Source of the DNA: Octopus sinensis
Taxonomy: Eukaryota
NCBI RefSeq assembly: GCF_006345805.1
Contig: NC_043005.1
Location: forward strand, 105,524,001 to 105,588,000
DNA: 64,000 bases
Reading direction: 5' to 3'
Shown: positions 26,011-40,250 of the stretch, in pieces
How the letters are laid out: every line of letters starts with the position of its first letter
Position numbering within the stretch: the first letter of the stretch is position 1
Notes under the pieces: generated by a model
The model's input: the letters and a program-made list of their open reading frames with translations, nothing else
Database searches by the model: none
What the model was told of the DNA's origin: nothing
Made by a program: the position numbers and the translations under genes

Positions 26011-26390
26011 CTAGAACTGGGCGGCACTGCATAGTGCCAAGGACTCCAAATTTGCCAACAAGATGTAGGACAAGATACTGTGATAGCCTGGGCTTCAGAG
26101 GTCCACAGCTCTTCAATATCCTCCCGAAGGACTCGAGAGACCTGTATGGGGTGGATGCAGATGTCTTTAAAATAAAGCTGGACCTCTTCCTGTCCGGTGT
26201 CCCAGATGAACCAACTTCACGGCAGGAGGTGCAGATGAAGGCAGCTGCATCAAACTCTCTTATGCACCAAATGTCAATTGCTAAAAAGCATTCGTGAAGT
26301 AAAATCATGTAGCAACACCGAAAGGCGGTGCCCCAGCATGGCCACAGCTCATGATCTGAAACTAGATAAAATGAAAAAAATGAATGAAAT
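26011..26390 (+). mobile_element. 5'-truncated CR1-like LINE with intact 3' end
   Basis: Reads RGPQLFNILPKDSRDLYGVDADVFKIKLDLFLSGVPDEP..NSL, then the 3' UTR tail GGCGGTGCCCCAGCATGGCCACAGCTCATGATCTGAAACTAG and an A-rich end. Inserted in (TA)n. Confidence 0.88.
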
Positions 26391-26743
26391 ATATATATAT
26401 AAAGAGAGAGAGGGAGAGAGAGTGTGTGTGTGCACATGTGTGTATTTGGTAGCTGCCATGGAAACATCCGTCACTACTCTGATCTACCTTGACTCACATA
26501 TTCCGAAATTTGGTATTACACAGAAGGAGACTAGTTTATGCCGAAGCAATCACATGCGATTAGAACTCACTATTCGTATCAAGCACAGAGCAAATACGAA
26601 ACTGATATTAGCTGCAATTCAACAACCGAACACCACTATTATTACCTACTAACATAGTCAGTTCAATACAACTATAAGTGGTGTGTGTTTGTGTGTGTGT
26701 TTGCGTGTGTGTAAGCGTGTATGTATGTATAAGTATATGTATA

Positions 26744-27525
26744 CGTGGTCTGATCAATACGTATTGGGAATGTTGCCATAGTAACAAAGCTAAGACACGC
26801 AGAGTAAAACCGCTTGGCACTGATTGAACTTGGCCTCTGGTGCGTACGCGCACTAAGTTTTGATGTTCTAGCTCACTTCCGCTGTTTACAGCAGTGCTTG
26901 GAAGGAAGGTGTGAAGCATGTGATCGTCGCACTGATCATGAAAGAGAATGTTGAACAGAAAATCTTAATCAAATTTTGCCAAAGTCTTGGTGATACCTGA
27001 TCAGAAGTCTATGCAAAGTTTTCAAAAAGTTTTCATCGTTCTCGCTACAACCAAGGAGATCTTGTGCAACTGACAGCCAAATGTCTTTTTGGTCAGCTGA
27101 AAGTAGTTTTGGCACAAACTTGGCGGACACGCGTCTCATACCCAAATCTTCAATGATAATGGAATGGACTGAACCGTAACTAATCTGCGCATCCTCTGAT
27201 AATTCCCTGATGGTGATTCGACAATTTCCCCTCACAGCTGCATGCACATCTGCGATGTACTTCTCATGTACTCCTCTCCATGCACTTTCTGCAACTTTAC
27301 AGCGGCCTCTGAGTAAGTATCGTCATCACAACTGTCCCTGTCATGGCCAATGCGACGATCACTCGCTACACACCTTCCTTCCAAAATCTGTTGTAAACGG
27401 CGGAAGTGAGCCAGAACGCTAAAACTTGGTAGAATTCAAGGACAATCTTTGCCAAGCGGCTTCAATCTGCGTGCTTTAGCTTCGTTACTATGGCAACAGT
27501 CCTGATACTTATTGATCAGACGACG
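26744..27525. mobile_element. Mariner-derived fold-back element made of two convergent 5' halves
   Basis: TA flanks at both ends. Inverted arms 26744-26931 and 27351-27525. The plus arm enters MKENVEQKILIKFCQSLG; the minus arm encodes RITIRELSEDAQISYGSVHSII..RVSAKFVPKLL. Junction near 27017. Confidence 0.88.
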
Positions 27526-27591
27526 TATATGTATATATTGTATAAAGATATATAAACGTACGTACATAAATATATATATATATACACAAAC

Positions 27592-27993
27592 GCGCAGGAG
27601 TGGCTGTGTGATAGGTAGCTTGCTTACCAACCACATGGTTCCGGGTTCATTCCCACTGTGTGGCGCCTTCGGCAAGTATCTCCTACTATAGACTCGGGCC
27701 GACCAAAGCCTTGTGAGTGGATTTCGTAGATGGAAACTGAAAAGCACGTTGTATATATGTATATATATATATATGTATGTGTGTGTATATGTTTGCTTGT
27801 CAGTGTGTTCCCACCCCCAACATCGCTTGACAACCGATAGTGGTGTGTTTGCGTCCCCGTAACCTAGCGGTTCGGCAAAAGAGACCGATAGAATAAGTAC
27901 TTGGCTTACAAAGAATAAGTCCTGGGGTCGATTTGCTCGACTAAAGGCTGTGTTCCACCATGGCCGCAGTCAAATGACTGAAACAAGTAAAAG
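27592..27993 (+). mobile_element. SINE family A
   Basis: Colinear with 1151-1590, including the internal microsatellite and the CAGTCAAATGACTG tail. Confidence 0.9.
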
Positions 27994-28180
27994 TGTGTGT
28001 GTATATATATATATACACTCACAAACACACACATACAAGCACACATATACATACAGGCATACATACATACATTCATACATACATTCACACATACATACTT
28101 ACATACTTACATACACACATACATGCACACATATATGCGAATTCAAACAACTATATGTTCATGACATATACTTATATGAT

Positions 28181-28244
28181 GGCGGTGCCCCAGCATGGCC
28201 ACAGCTCGTGAGCTGAAACTAGATAAAATAAAATAAAAAATAAA
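28181..28244 (+). mobile_element. Solo CR1-like LINE 3' tail (extreme 5' truncation)
   Basis: GGCGGTGCCCCAGCATGGCCACAGCTCGTGAGCTGAAACTAGATAAAATAAAATAAA, nearly identical to 26324-26372. Confidence 0.85.
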
Positions 28245-28521
28245 TATATTTACATATCTCTAGCATTTCGAAATGTTTCTACGTCCATATGGTCCTATAT
28301 CAATTTATCTGTCTATCTCTCTATGCGTTTATCAGTCACACATCTGTATATCTGTACATCTCCGTCTTCATAAAACTCTATATTTCCAGCATAGATATAT
28401 TTATCTGTACATGTCTCTGTGTAGTTTTATTTTCATTTGTCTAAATGTCCATCTGTTTCCTTCGTTTTTATATTATTTCTTTACGTTAACATGTCTACAT
28501 GTTATTATATCAATGATATCT

Positions 28522-28573
<52 letters not shown>

Positions 28574-28587
28574 ACACACACACACAC

Positions 28588-28660
<73 letters not shown>

Positions 28661-30486
28661 GATGTGTATGCATGGATGTATGCATCTATGTACACGCACA
28701 TATACAAAGTATATGTCTGAATTAACGTCCCTCTTACCAGTTGAGCTTGACACATAATCCAGTTAGGGCTAACGAAACCGCTAATAAAGGAACAATTTAA
28801 AACAAACGGAAGGACGACAACAACAACAACAACAACAACTACACCAACTCTAGCAACATCACCAAGAACACCAACAATGATATCAACAACATACTAACAC
28901 ACAGCAACAAATGGTCATAAATAAATATACTATAACAACAACAACAACTAAATGAATCAAAAACAGAAATATATATATATGTGTGTGTGTGTGTGTTGCA
29001 ATAACAATGGAAGTCTTTTTATTCTAGATAAGAAATCTGATTGTTGTGTTTGATTTGTGTTTCTGTTGTTGTTGTTGTTGATGGTGTTGATATTGTTGTT
29101 CTTGATTTAGTTACTGTTGTTAATATTGTTATTTATTTTGAGTTAGTGTTATTTTTGTTGTTGTTCTAGACACTGTTGTTGTGGTGGTGGTAGCAGTAAT
29201 AGTAGCATTAGTAGCAGTATTTGCCTTTGTTGTTGTGTTGTTGTTGTTGTTGTTATTATTTTTATTTTCATCATCATCATTATTATTAATATTATCATCA
29301 TCATCATCATCATTATTATTATCATTATTATTATTATTATTATCATCATCATCATCATCATTGATGATTTGTGGGTGACAGAATCGGTACAGAGTCGAAC
29401 GTGATGCTTTTCGGTATAAAATTTCATCACTTCCTGTTTCTGAGTTTACATCTCGCTGCAGCCAGCTTCAATATTTATCATTTCAGGATTGACAAAGTAG
29501 CTAACAGTCAAATATCGAATGCTATCTTATCAATTGTACCCGCTACTACAGGTGATGACCTTGAGCCCGAGATAGCATTTTCGGGGCAGTTGACTGGGAG
29601 AATCATGAAAGTGTCCTGCGTTATTTGTTCCAGCTCTTTACGTTTTGAGTTCAAATTCTCCCGGGGTAAACTTGCCTTTTGTCCTTCTGAAGTCAATAAA
29701 ACACAAAACCGGCAAAGTACTGCGGTTGATATAATTCACAAATTCATGACTTTATGCTTTTATTAGAAACAATTACTTTCATTTTTCCTGACAATTTAAG
29801 GATTGGGGTGTCAGTTAGTAACGCGTAATTAGAGATTTAGTCATTTCACCCAATTGACGTCATTAAAATACATTGAAATTTCTTTGTCGTCATACCTAGT
29901 TTTAAATTCGGTGATGATTATAATATCACTTACTACATCATTCTCATGACCTTTGTTGTACACTAAAAAATGCAACAATACAATGAAAACAAAGATTCAC
30001 TAACAACTGCTTCATCATGAAGCTGCGATCGAGGAAGTCATGAAATATTGAGAGACCTAAAAACTTTATGGCTCCGAATTAACCCCATTGTACGAATGAA
30101 GAAAATACAGAATATCATTATTAAATATATTGAACCCAAGATGGTGTTTGACTGAGTCAACCGAGAGAAGGACAAAATACTCTGCAGTATATGTTCGAGA
30201 TCTTTGCACTATGGCTTTTCAGTAGTAACCTTCATCCACCACCTTGTCCTTCGGCGATTTCAGCGGAGTCCATTCTGTTGTAAATAACCAGCGCAGGTCA
30301 CTGCTTTGGCGATAGCTTTATTCTTTCCTCATACAAGTCTTAGAGCTTCCCTAATAGACAAAAGGGTGTAGCGCTGTCCTTTTCTATCTGACTAAGCAGT
30401 GAATATACACACTCGCGCGCATTCATACAAAAATGACCGAGACTTGACACACCACTTTGCTCCCTAGTGGTAATAGGGAGCAAACC

Positions 30487-31130
30487 GTGTCGGAAGGGCG
30501 AAACACTGTTAGCACACTGTTAGCGAATGCCCGAAATTGACACAACGTGAATACAAGAGCTGATATGACAATGTGGTAAGAATGATCCATTGGGTGCTTT
30601 GTGGAAATGATGACTAAGAAAGATCAGACTTGGTATGACCAAATCGCAGAAGGAGTTACTGAGAATGGGGATGGTAAAATCCCGTGGGATGCAATGATTC
30701 AGTATGGACATCAGATTCAACACGGAAGCCTTACATTATTGTAGTGAACAGAAAAGATAAAAGATGCCTGATAATCGACATAGTATGATCTGGTGACAAC
30801 AGAATCGAAAAGAAAGATGAAGGAAAAGGGAACAACTACGATGAATTTAAGTGGGAAATACGCAGGTTGTTGCCAATGGAGAAAGTGAGCATGATATCAA
30901 CAGTGATCGGTGCACTTGGAAATATCAGTATCCAGCTATCAAGATGACTTTAAAAGATTGGAACGAATGTAAAGACAACACTTACAGAAATCATCATTGC
31001 TTTGAACTGTAAGAGAACTCTGCAGAGTTCTTGAAGCATAATCAGTAAACAACTGTCATCTTAGTCTGCTGGCTATGGACTGTAGACATTTTCCATCATA
31101 ATCAGCAAAATAAAGCTGAGATTTTTCAAA
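30487..31130 (+). mobile_element. R4/Dong-like non-LTR retrotransposon 3' fragment (CCHC plus restriction-like endonuclease)
   Basis: Reads HTVSECPKLTQREYK..DNVVRMIHWVLC, KIPWDAMIQ, KPYIIVVNRKDKRCLIIDI..GDNRIEKK..YDEFKWEIRRL..VIGALG. Stops and frameshifts present; followed by (CAA)n. Confidence 0.82.
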
Positions 31131-31144
31131 CAACAACAACAACA

Positions 31145-31590
31145 GCAGCAGCAACTGCCCTACTGAAGTACCAGGCAGTGGCTTCTAATCTTAACTGATT
31201 TGAAGTATTATCATGTGCATGTGTTGTCTTGGTATAAAAGAGGGGCTACAGCAAATATTCTGCTCAGTACCACAGATTTGCTTGACCGTAACCAGTTGAG
31301 CATGTCCTTTGGTGGCTGACGATATGTGCATCTCCGATCATGAGCAGAAGTAGTGGGGAGCATCATAGTCATGTGTTGAGAGGAAGTCTTTGAGGTTTGA
31401 ATAATTCACCTCTGGAAACATGTGTGTTTCGTTCAATATTCTTAAACAACCCTTATTCAGAGACCTTTTGAGCGGAATGGGACCTTTTTGACCCTTACAC
31501 AAGGACCTTATCAAACGAGTAATCATGAATATTTTACCCCAGCAGTACTGTGATGGCATGCACTGCTCTCTCGCTCAATAATGATAATGA
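31145..31590 (+). repeat. Unclassified dispersed repeat family D
   Basis: Colinear with 41235-41685 (shared blocks GGGCTACAGCAAATATTCTGCTCA and AATTCACCTCTGGAAAC). Ends in (ATG)n. Confidence 0.75.
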
Positions 31591-32334
31591 TGATGATGCT
31601 GATGATGATGATGATGCTGATGATTAAAGATATGAACGTTGTTTTGAAATTACTATTAATTACAAATTAAAATTGAAAATCCATATCCTTGTGGTGGTTT
31701 TTAGCCTCACAACCTCATTGGCTTTCTGGAATAGCACCGAACATTGGGATCTTTATATAGTTATTTATGAGTCATTTCCAATTGTTATGAGTTATTTCCT
31801 GTTGGTTTCTCTGAACTCACTTGTACACTGGAACCCTGGCTCATAGGCTTAACAGATATTCGTTGACTCGAAACTGTCAGCACTGCTTACCTCGTGGTAA
31901 CTACTTTCAGCTACGCGGGGCTTGGAGATCTAACCATGGACACAACGTAGTGACACTATCAACACACGAACCACGAAGTTTTCTTTTCTGCATAAGAGAC
32001 ACTTTTGATGTGTTGTTGTAGCGGTGGTGGCAGTGGTGTCGGTTTTGTAATAGTAGTAGTAGTAATAGTAGCGGTAGTAGTGATGGTAGAAGTGATGTTA
32101 GTAGTGAGTGTAATGTAATGGTGTTAGTAGTCTTAGCGGTATTGGTAATAGTTGTAGTGGTTGGGTTCTAGAGATTGTATTATTGATTGTGTTTATTAAG
32201 GCAAGTAGTAGTGGTAATAGCATCATTATTTTTATTACTAGTGATGGTAATGGTAAATGGTCATAAAGGAAACACTAATAGTAGCAGTAGAGAGTTCAGT
32301 GGTGATAGTGTTGATGGTAGCGGTGGTAAAACTA

Positions 32335-33193
32335 ATATTGATTTCGAATTTTGGTACAAGATCAGCAATTTCAGGAAAAGGGCCAAGTCAATTTCATCGA
32401 CCCTCAGTATTCAACTGGTACTTATTTTATCGAGGACGAAAAGCAAAGTCTACCTCGGAGGAATTTCAACTCAGAACATAAAGCCGGAAGACATACTGCT
32501 AGGCATTTTGTCCGGCGCAGTACCGACTTTGGAAAGTAAGATTGGTTTCAAACTTTAGAATAAGGCCATTAGTTTCTGGGAAGGGCTTAAGTCAATTACA
32601 TTCACCATAGTGCTCAACTGGTACTTATTTAGTTGACCATGAAAAGGATGAAAGGCAAAGTCAATTCAACCGTAGCGGAATTTGAACGTAAAGACGGACG
32701 AAATGCCGCTAAGCATTTTGCTCGGTGTGCTAACGATTCTTATCTCTTTATTGCCCTCAAGGGGCCAAACATAAAGAGGGCAAACATGGACAGACAAACG
32801 GATTAAGTCGATTATATCGACACCAGTGCGTAACTGGTACATATTTAATCGACCCCGAAAGGATGAAAGGTAAAGTCGACCTCGGCCGAATTTGAACTCA
32901 GAACGTAATGGCAGACGAAATACCTATTTCTTCACTACCCACAAGGGGCTAAACAAAGAGAGGACAAACATGGAGAGGCAAACGGATTAAGTCGATTATA
33001 TCGACCCCAGTGTGTAACTGGTACTTACTTAATCGACCCCCGAAAGGATGAAAGGCAAAGTCAACCTCGGCGGAATTTGAACTCAGAACGTAACGACAGA
33101 CGAAATACGGCTACGCATTTCGCCCGGCGTGCTAACGCTTCTGCCAGCTAGACGCCTTTAGGGGTGCTAATGATTCCGCTAGCTCGCCACCTT
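32335..33193 (-). mobile_element. SINE family C: old copy plus a young dimer nested in another old copy
   Basis: Old copy at 32335-32545. Young units at 32741-32924 and 32925-33158 sit inside an older SINE head, with GAATCRTTAGCAC on both sides. Confidence 0.88.
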
Positions 33194-33220
33194 AGTGCTG
33201 AACCTAATATTAGTAATGAT

Positions 33221-33436
33221 AAGGCGGTGAACTGGCAAAATCGTTAACACGCCGAGCCAAATGCTTAGCGGTACTTCGTCCGTCTTTACTTTCTGAGTTC
33301 AAATGCCGCTGGAGTCGACTTTGTCCTTCATCCTTTCGGTTTCGATAAAATAAGTACCAGTTGAATACTGGGGTTGATACAATCGGCTTACCCTTGATCC
33401 GAAATTGCGTGCCTAGTGCCAAAATTTAAGATCAGT
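33221..33436 (+). mobile_element. SINE family C
   Basis: AAGGCGGTGAACTGGCAAAATCGTTAAC head and core; divergently oriented to the 32335-33193 block. Confidence 0.85.
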
Positions 33437-34442
33437 ATTAATAATGAGCAGGGTTGGTGGTGTCAGTAGTAGTAATAGTAGTGGTGGTAGTTAGTGGTAT
33501 TGGTGTTAGTTGTGGTGACGTTGATAATTGTAGCGGCAGTGGAAGGCATCGGTGGTAGTATTGACAGTGGTGTTTGAATGTTGATGATGGCTCTTGGTAT
33601 TGTTAGTAGTATTAATGTAAGAAACTGGCGGTAGCAGTACAATAGTGGTGCTGTTGGCGTTGATGGTAGTACTGGTGGTGGTGGTGGTTGTGGTGGTCGT
33701 GATGGTAGTGGTAGTGGTTGTAGCGATAGTGAACGTTTGATGTGTGTGTGTTAGTAGGAGTGTGGTAGAGGGTGACTACCGTCAGATACTGTGATTGGTC
33801 AATAGAAATACTTTACAGATAATGGCGTTGCATCACCGAAGTCAATTCCTTTTAAAATTGTTGATCTTAGAGATAGAGAGACAACGTATGTATGTGTGAA
33901 TGTAAGGGTACACGTGTGCGCATGCGTGTGCGTGTATATCGGTGCGTTTGCGTGTATGCGTGAATACGAATCGTACATCGTTATTCAGTTGTATAAATAT
34001 GCGTATATTATACACATACACATATAAACACATGCATACGCACACATACACACGCGCGGATATATGCATATACGCACACATACACGCAACCCCATCCCCA
34101 TGTCTACTATATACATATAAATGTATATTGTGATTGTAATAATTTTGTATGTATGCATGTGTATATTTACATACATACATATATATATATGCATAGATAT
34201 ATATATATATATATATATACGCATATATACATGCATACATACATATACACACATACATACATATATGTACATACATATATACATACATACATATATACAT
34301 ACATATATACATACATATATACATACATATATATGCATGTATATATTATATATATATATATATTCATATATATACATACATATATATGCATGTATATATG
34401 CGTATATATATATATATATATATATATATACGCATATATATA

Positions 34443-34484
<42 letters not shown>

Positions 34485-35036
34485 TATGCATATATATAAA
34501 TATACGTGTTTATGTATGTATACACACACATGTATGTTAAAGATCATCACAATAATAATAATGATAATAATAATAATAATCATTCACTGTAAAGATAGTA
34601 AAGGTTGGCTGTTAATGATGTTTGCGTTGGTTGGTGTGAGGATGGCGGTGAGGTGGGGGGGGGGGGCGTAGAGAAACAAAAAACAAAAAAACCACGAGGA
34701 TTGTTCCCCTGGGTGAAGGTTTTACATTATATTTGTCTGTAAATTTAGTCCAGTCCACACAACTAATCATAACTGATGTTTAAGTGGATTTTATTAACAA
34801 ATAACATATCTCTTGCTTTAACTACTTACATATCTACTATTCCATCTCTATGGCCGTTATATACTTCACTTGTATATGTGTGTGTGTTTGTGTGTGGTTG
34901 TGTTTACGTCCATGGGTACATATGCATATACGTAGTGATATCTGTACGTTTATAGTTTTGTAAAAAATCATATTTCTGTATTTGATATTCTGACTCTCTG
35001 TCTGTCTGAACATTAGTATGCAAACACACACACACA

Positions 35037-35104
<68 letters not shown>

Positions 35105-36863
35105 ACTGGTTTCCTTTCACACATTTACACATAGACACACAAGACTCCTGCACATACATACATACATACATACATACATACATACATACATACATACATA
35201 CATACATACATAGATGCATGCATGCATACGTAAATAACCTTTATCAATAAATAGATATCATTGTATATCTTTCAATATCTATTTTTCTAAGTCTGATTCT
35301 CTGCCTTACTCCCCACTCACATCTCTCTCTCTCTCTCTCTCGTTTTTTAACAGTCTTCTCACTCTCTCGCACACACAAGAAAACAAATACAGATTATATA
35401 TATATATAATATCATGTAGTATACCCACCCTCATGCTACTGTTATCCTTCTTCCCACTTTTATTATTATCAGTAACAATAATAATGCTTTCTAAGCATGA
35501 GATCGTGACCACTAACTTTGCGAATAGACTTCTACATTGTTCTGAGTTCCAAACATGATTGACACCTATTTTACTTGTCCCAGAAGGATTAAAAGCAAAG
35601 CCAACCCTGGTGCGATACGAACCCAGATCCTAAACAGGTGCAATCACAGCACCGTTTTAACGATTCTACCGTGTATCACTTTAATAATTTCCCATACATC
35701 ATCCTCCGATATTCCTGTTTCGGGTCTTTTAATATCAGACACCCTCACCCAGGTGATCTAGTCGGGGTTGATCAACCCATCAACTTGTGTCCAGTTAGCA
35801 CTAACCCTGGTAACATTGAGCCTTCCAGAGTTCGCACCTCCTGATCTAGAACCAACTTGGGGCAACTTTTGCTGTTTCTACAGCCAATCTGAGGGTCGAG
35901 GATTTCTAATAGTGCAAGAAGAATTTAGGGAATGCCATCAAGTATATCGGCAGAGCTACACATATTACTTGTTAATTCATTACTCCTTGAAAGAAAAATT
36001 GCAAAGTCGTCTGCCAGTGGGATTGAAACTCAGAACTCAAAAGGAACTAATTCAATATCTCAGTGTCTTTAGTCAACCACTGGTGTTAGTCCTTCCATCA
36101 GATTTCGACTGAAGTTCACAATTTCGCCATCATTTTCTGTACTGTTTCATTACTGAGGTCAATTTATCGTTGACCAAACACGTATACCTGTAATAAAGTA
36201 TGTTCTCTTCTTCCCATATAGATATACACGCATAAATGTATCTATACACGAGAGTCGAGACGACACCCAGGTCATTCAAGTTTGTCTCATTTGTAGACCA
36301 ACATCTGCCTCATTTTTAATTGTTCTTGGTATCTAACCGCTCTCATACCGTCGAAAAGGTCTCTAAGAAATTAGCTTTTGTGGCATTTATCTCATCAATA
36401 CTATATTCCCTCATTTTTAACAATCATTTGTATCTATCTGCTGTCATACATCCAAGAAGACATTCTTGATCAGTCGTTTTAATGGCTTCTATCCTGTTCC
36501 TATACTAAATCTAGTTTATTTCAACTTTGGTTAATGTCTCTTCACTGTTATTCCATCGAGGAGACACGATCGAAAACCAGATTCGGTAGCGTGTGTCCTA
36601 CTTATATACTATATCGCTTTTATTCTTAATTGTTAGCAAAGAACTACTTGTGGTATTTGTACTTGAATTTCACCTCTTTCTATGACAGTTTCAACATATC
36701 AAGAGAGTTTCCATATAGTAGCTCGACCTGAAAGAAATAACAGCTGTATTTCTCTCAAGGCGCAGACTAAATTGAAAAGAAATTATAAAGAAGGGAACAG
36801 GGGAGGATTCAGCGGTTGAGGATTGGCGATAACACACACACACACACAAAAGTATACATACAT

Positions 36864-36906
<43 letters not shown>

Positions 36907-36960
36907 CATACATACATATATATATATATACATACATACATAATACATATATATATATAT

Positions 36961-36993
<33 letters not shown>

Positions 36994-37019
36994 TATACAT
37001 ACATATATATATATATACA

Positions 37020-37053
<34 letters not shown>

Positions 37054-37101
37054 ATATATATATATATATATATACATACATATATATATACATTCATACA
37101 T

Positions 37102-37161
<60 letters not shown>

Positions 37162-37550
37162 AACAGTTTCGCCATGGGCTCTTAGGAGCATAGTTCGATT
37201 TGGTTTTTGTTCCGCCTCTGTTCTGTTTTTGTTTCTCTAACGGATTTCCTTTTTTCTTCCTGAAGAGAAAGACACAATATGGTCCCATTATTCAATCGGA
37301 TTTTGGTAATTTGTGCCTTTCGAAACACGTGTAGAATGAAATAAAACGATTTCTGTTCAATCTGCGTTCAGCTCCATTTCTTCAATTCACCAATAATGTT
37401 TTAATTTCAATTATCCGCACCAACGCACGGTTGCAACGCCAGATGGTTGTACCTCCAACCGTGCTGTTTACTGCTGTGATTTTTGCTACTAAGGTATCGG
37501 TTAACTTTTGATTAATCTACAACAAGATTATTCATCTTTCTATTTCACAT
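37162..37550 (+). mobile_element. Hammerhead-bearing short element between (TA)n tracts
   Basis: T-rich non-coding unit of about 390 bp, flanked by AT microsatellites and containing the hammerhead at 37250-37341. Confidence 0.6.
37250..37341 (+). ncRNA. Type I hammerhead ribozyme
   Basis: TTTCTTC-CTGAAGA-GAAAGACACAA(loop)TTGTGCCTTTC-GAAA-CACGTGT-A-GAATGAAA. The core is perfect. Stem II pairs at 10/11, stem III is the palindrome ACACGTGT, the cleavage triplet is GUA (H17 = 37333), and stem I is 7 bp with one bulge. Confidence 0.87.
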
Positions 37551-37551
37551 A

Positions 37552-37584
<33 letters not shown>

Positions 37585-38722
37585 TATATAAATATATCAT
37601 ATATAACCTTAGCTTTATTTCTTCATATCTCCTGAGTTTCGTTTTCATTGTGTCAGGGCGTATCTAAGAAAATACATAACTGTCCCAACGCACTGAAACT
37701 GCCCAAATTCCCTAGAACGGGCCGCCGATGAAGGGTGACTTGTCCGTTTGTTCCTTTTGCCATATGTTCTCATTGTTTGTGCCTAATTTCTCCCGACCAC
37801 CGATCAACACACACACACAAACACACGCATGGGTACACGCGCACGTGCATGTTACACTTGATGACAGTTGCAGGTACTTCAGTATAAAAACCATCTGTAT
37901 GAAATGATTAGTTATGGCCTTGATATTCTAGTTGGTTCTCTCTCTCAGTCTATTTCTTCTCATTTACTCTCAAACACACGTTCCTTCGTACGCATGCACA
38001 AACAAGCTCAAATATTCATACACACAAACATATTGGTGATCTTTGTATAACAAGATTGGTGCAGTTAATGTGACTAGATACATATTTGAAAAAAAACTGT
38101 ACCCAGCAAATATAACAGAAATGTGCAAATGCAGAAATATTTTTTACAAGCAAGTAGTTGTTTATTTAGGGTATGTTCGTATTTAAGGACATAATGGTAT
38201 GTGGCTATGATATTTTTTGAAATAATTTCTACCATTTTTCTATGTTTACATTAATGACTATCCATCTACTTTTGGAATGTACTCGTAAATTAGTAAGCAA
38301 AACATACACCAACAGTAAAAATGTTGCAACATGGTTGAACAAGTGAATAATATGTTACATCACAGGTGCATGTAACATACAAGCATTCATACACAGACAC
38401 GCGCACAAACATATAAATGTACAACTTTATCTACGTATGTATTATACGCATACATATCATATACACTTGCGTATATGTACATTTATTTATTTATTTATAT
38501 AGTAGAAATATCTATATTATATATATTATATATCCAGTTATATATATATGCATATGTGTGTGTGTGTGTGTGTGTGTACGTATGTATGTATGTTTGTACT
38601 GCATTTACATTATTTTGTACGTACATGCTTATAAATATATTATGTGTGTGCGTTCAAGTGCATCTTTATACATACGTACACACGCGCACACACTCACATA
38701 TATATATGTATATAAATATATC

Positions 38723-38796
<74 letters not shown>

Positions 38797-38832
38797 CATA
38801 TACCTATAATACATATATACATATATTTATAT

Positions 38833-38880
<48 letters not shown>

Positions 38881-39011
38881 GTATATGGACATATGAAAAA
38901 GCTGCATGTATCTATTACAAAAATAACAAACAAAACTAAAAGTAATCACATACTTGGATAACTACACACGCACAATACACACACATTAGTATGCACACGT
39001 ACACGCATGTG

Positions 39012-39044
<33 letters not shown>

Positions 39045-39140
39045 ATGTATATGTATATATATATATATAGGCATATATATATACGTATATATATATATAT
39101 ATGTATATATGCATGTATATATATATATATGTATATATGC

Positions 39141-39172
<32 letters not shown>

Positions 39173-39530
39173 GCGTATATATGTGTGTATATATATGTAT
39201 ATATATATGTATATATACATATATGTACGCATAGGGACACCTAAATACTGACTAATGCCCAACAATAACATGTAATAACAACAATAAAAACAAGGCCACC
39301 ACCGCCAACAACAACAACAACAACAAATACCAATGACAAGAGCAATGCCACATGGAAAATTGCAGCAAGCTGAAGTCCTATTAAATATATGCAATATAGT
39401 GTCCATTGTATTGCAGTAAATTGCATTATTGGTGTAATGTACTGCAACATATATGGTTGGTAACTGCATTAGGCTTAGTTACGGGATATTAGAATATTGG
39501 GGTAAAAAATAACAATAACAATAACATATT

Positions 39531-39605
<75 letters not shown>

Positions 39606-39607
39606 TG

Positions 39608-39638
<31 letters not shown>

Positions 39639-39697
39639 GTATGTATATATATGTATGTATGTATATATATGTATGTATGTTATATATGTATGTATGT

Positions 39698-39731
<34 letters not shown>

Positions 39732-39749
39732 GTATATATATATGTATGT

Positions 39750-39783
<34 letters not shown>

Positions 39784-39830
39784 GTATATATATATGTATG
39801 TATATATATATATGTATGTATATATATATA

Positions 39831-39883
<53 letters not shown>

Positions 39884-40164
39884 TATGTATGTATATGTAT
39901 ATATGTATGTATATATATGTATGTATGTATATATATGTATGTATGTATATATATGTATGTATATATGTATATATATATATATATATGTATGTATATATAT
40001 ATGTATGTATATATATATATGTATATATATATATCAGCATTTATACAATCGTATGTCCAAAATACATACGTTTAATAAACACACACATATATACATACCT
40101 TTACGTATATTCATATAGGTGTACTTGTGTATCAAACTAATATAGGTATCTGCGTAATAGTGTT

Positions 40165-40209
<45 letters not shown>

Positions 40210-40219
40210 GCATGCATAC

Positions 40220-40250
<31 letters not shown>

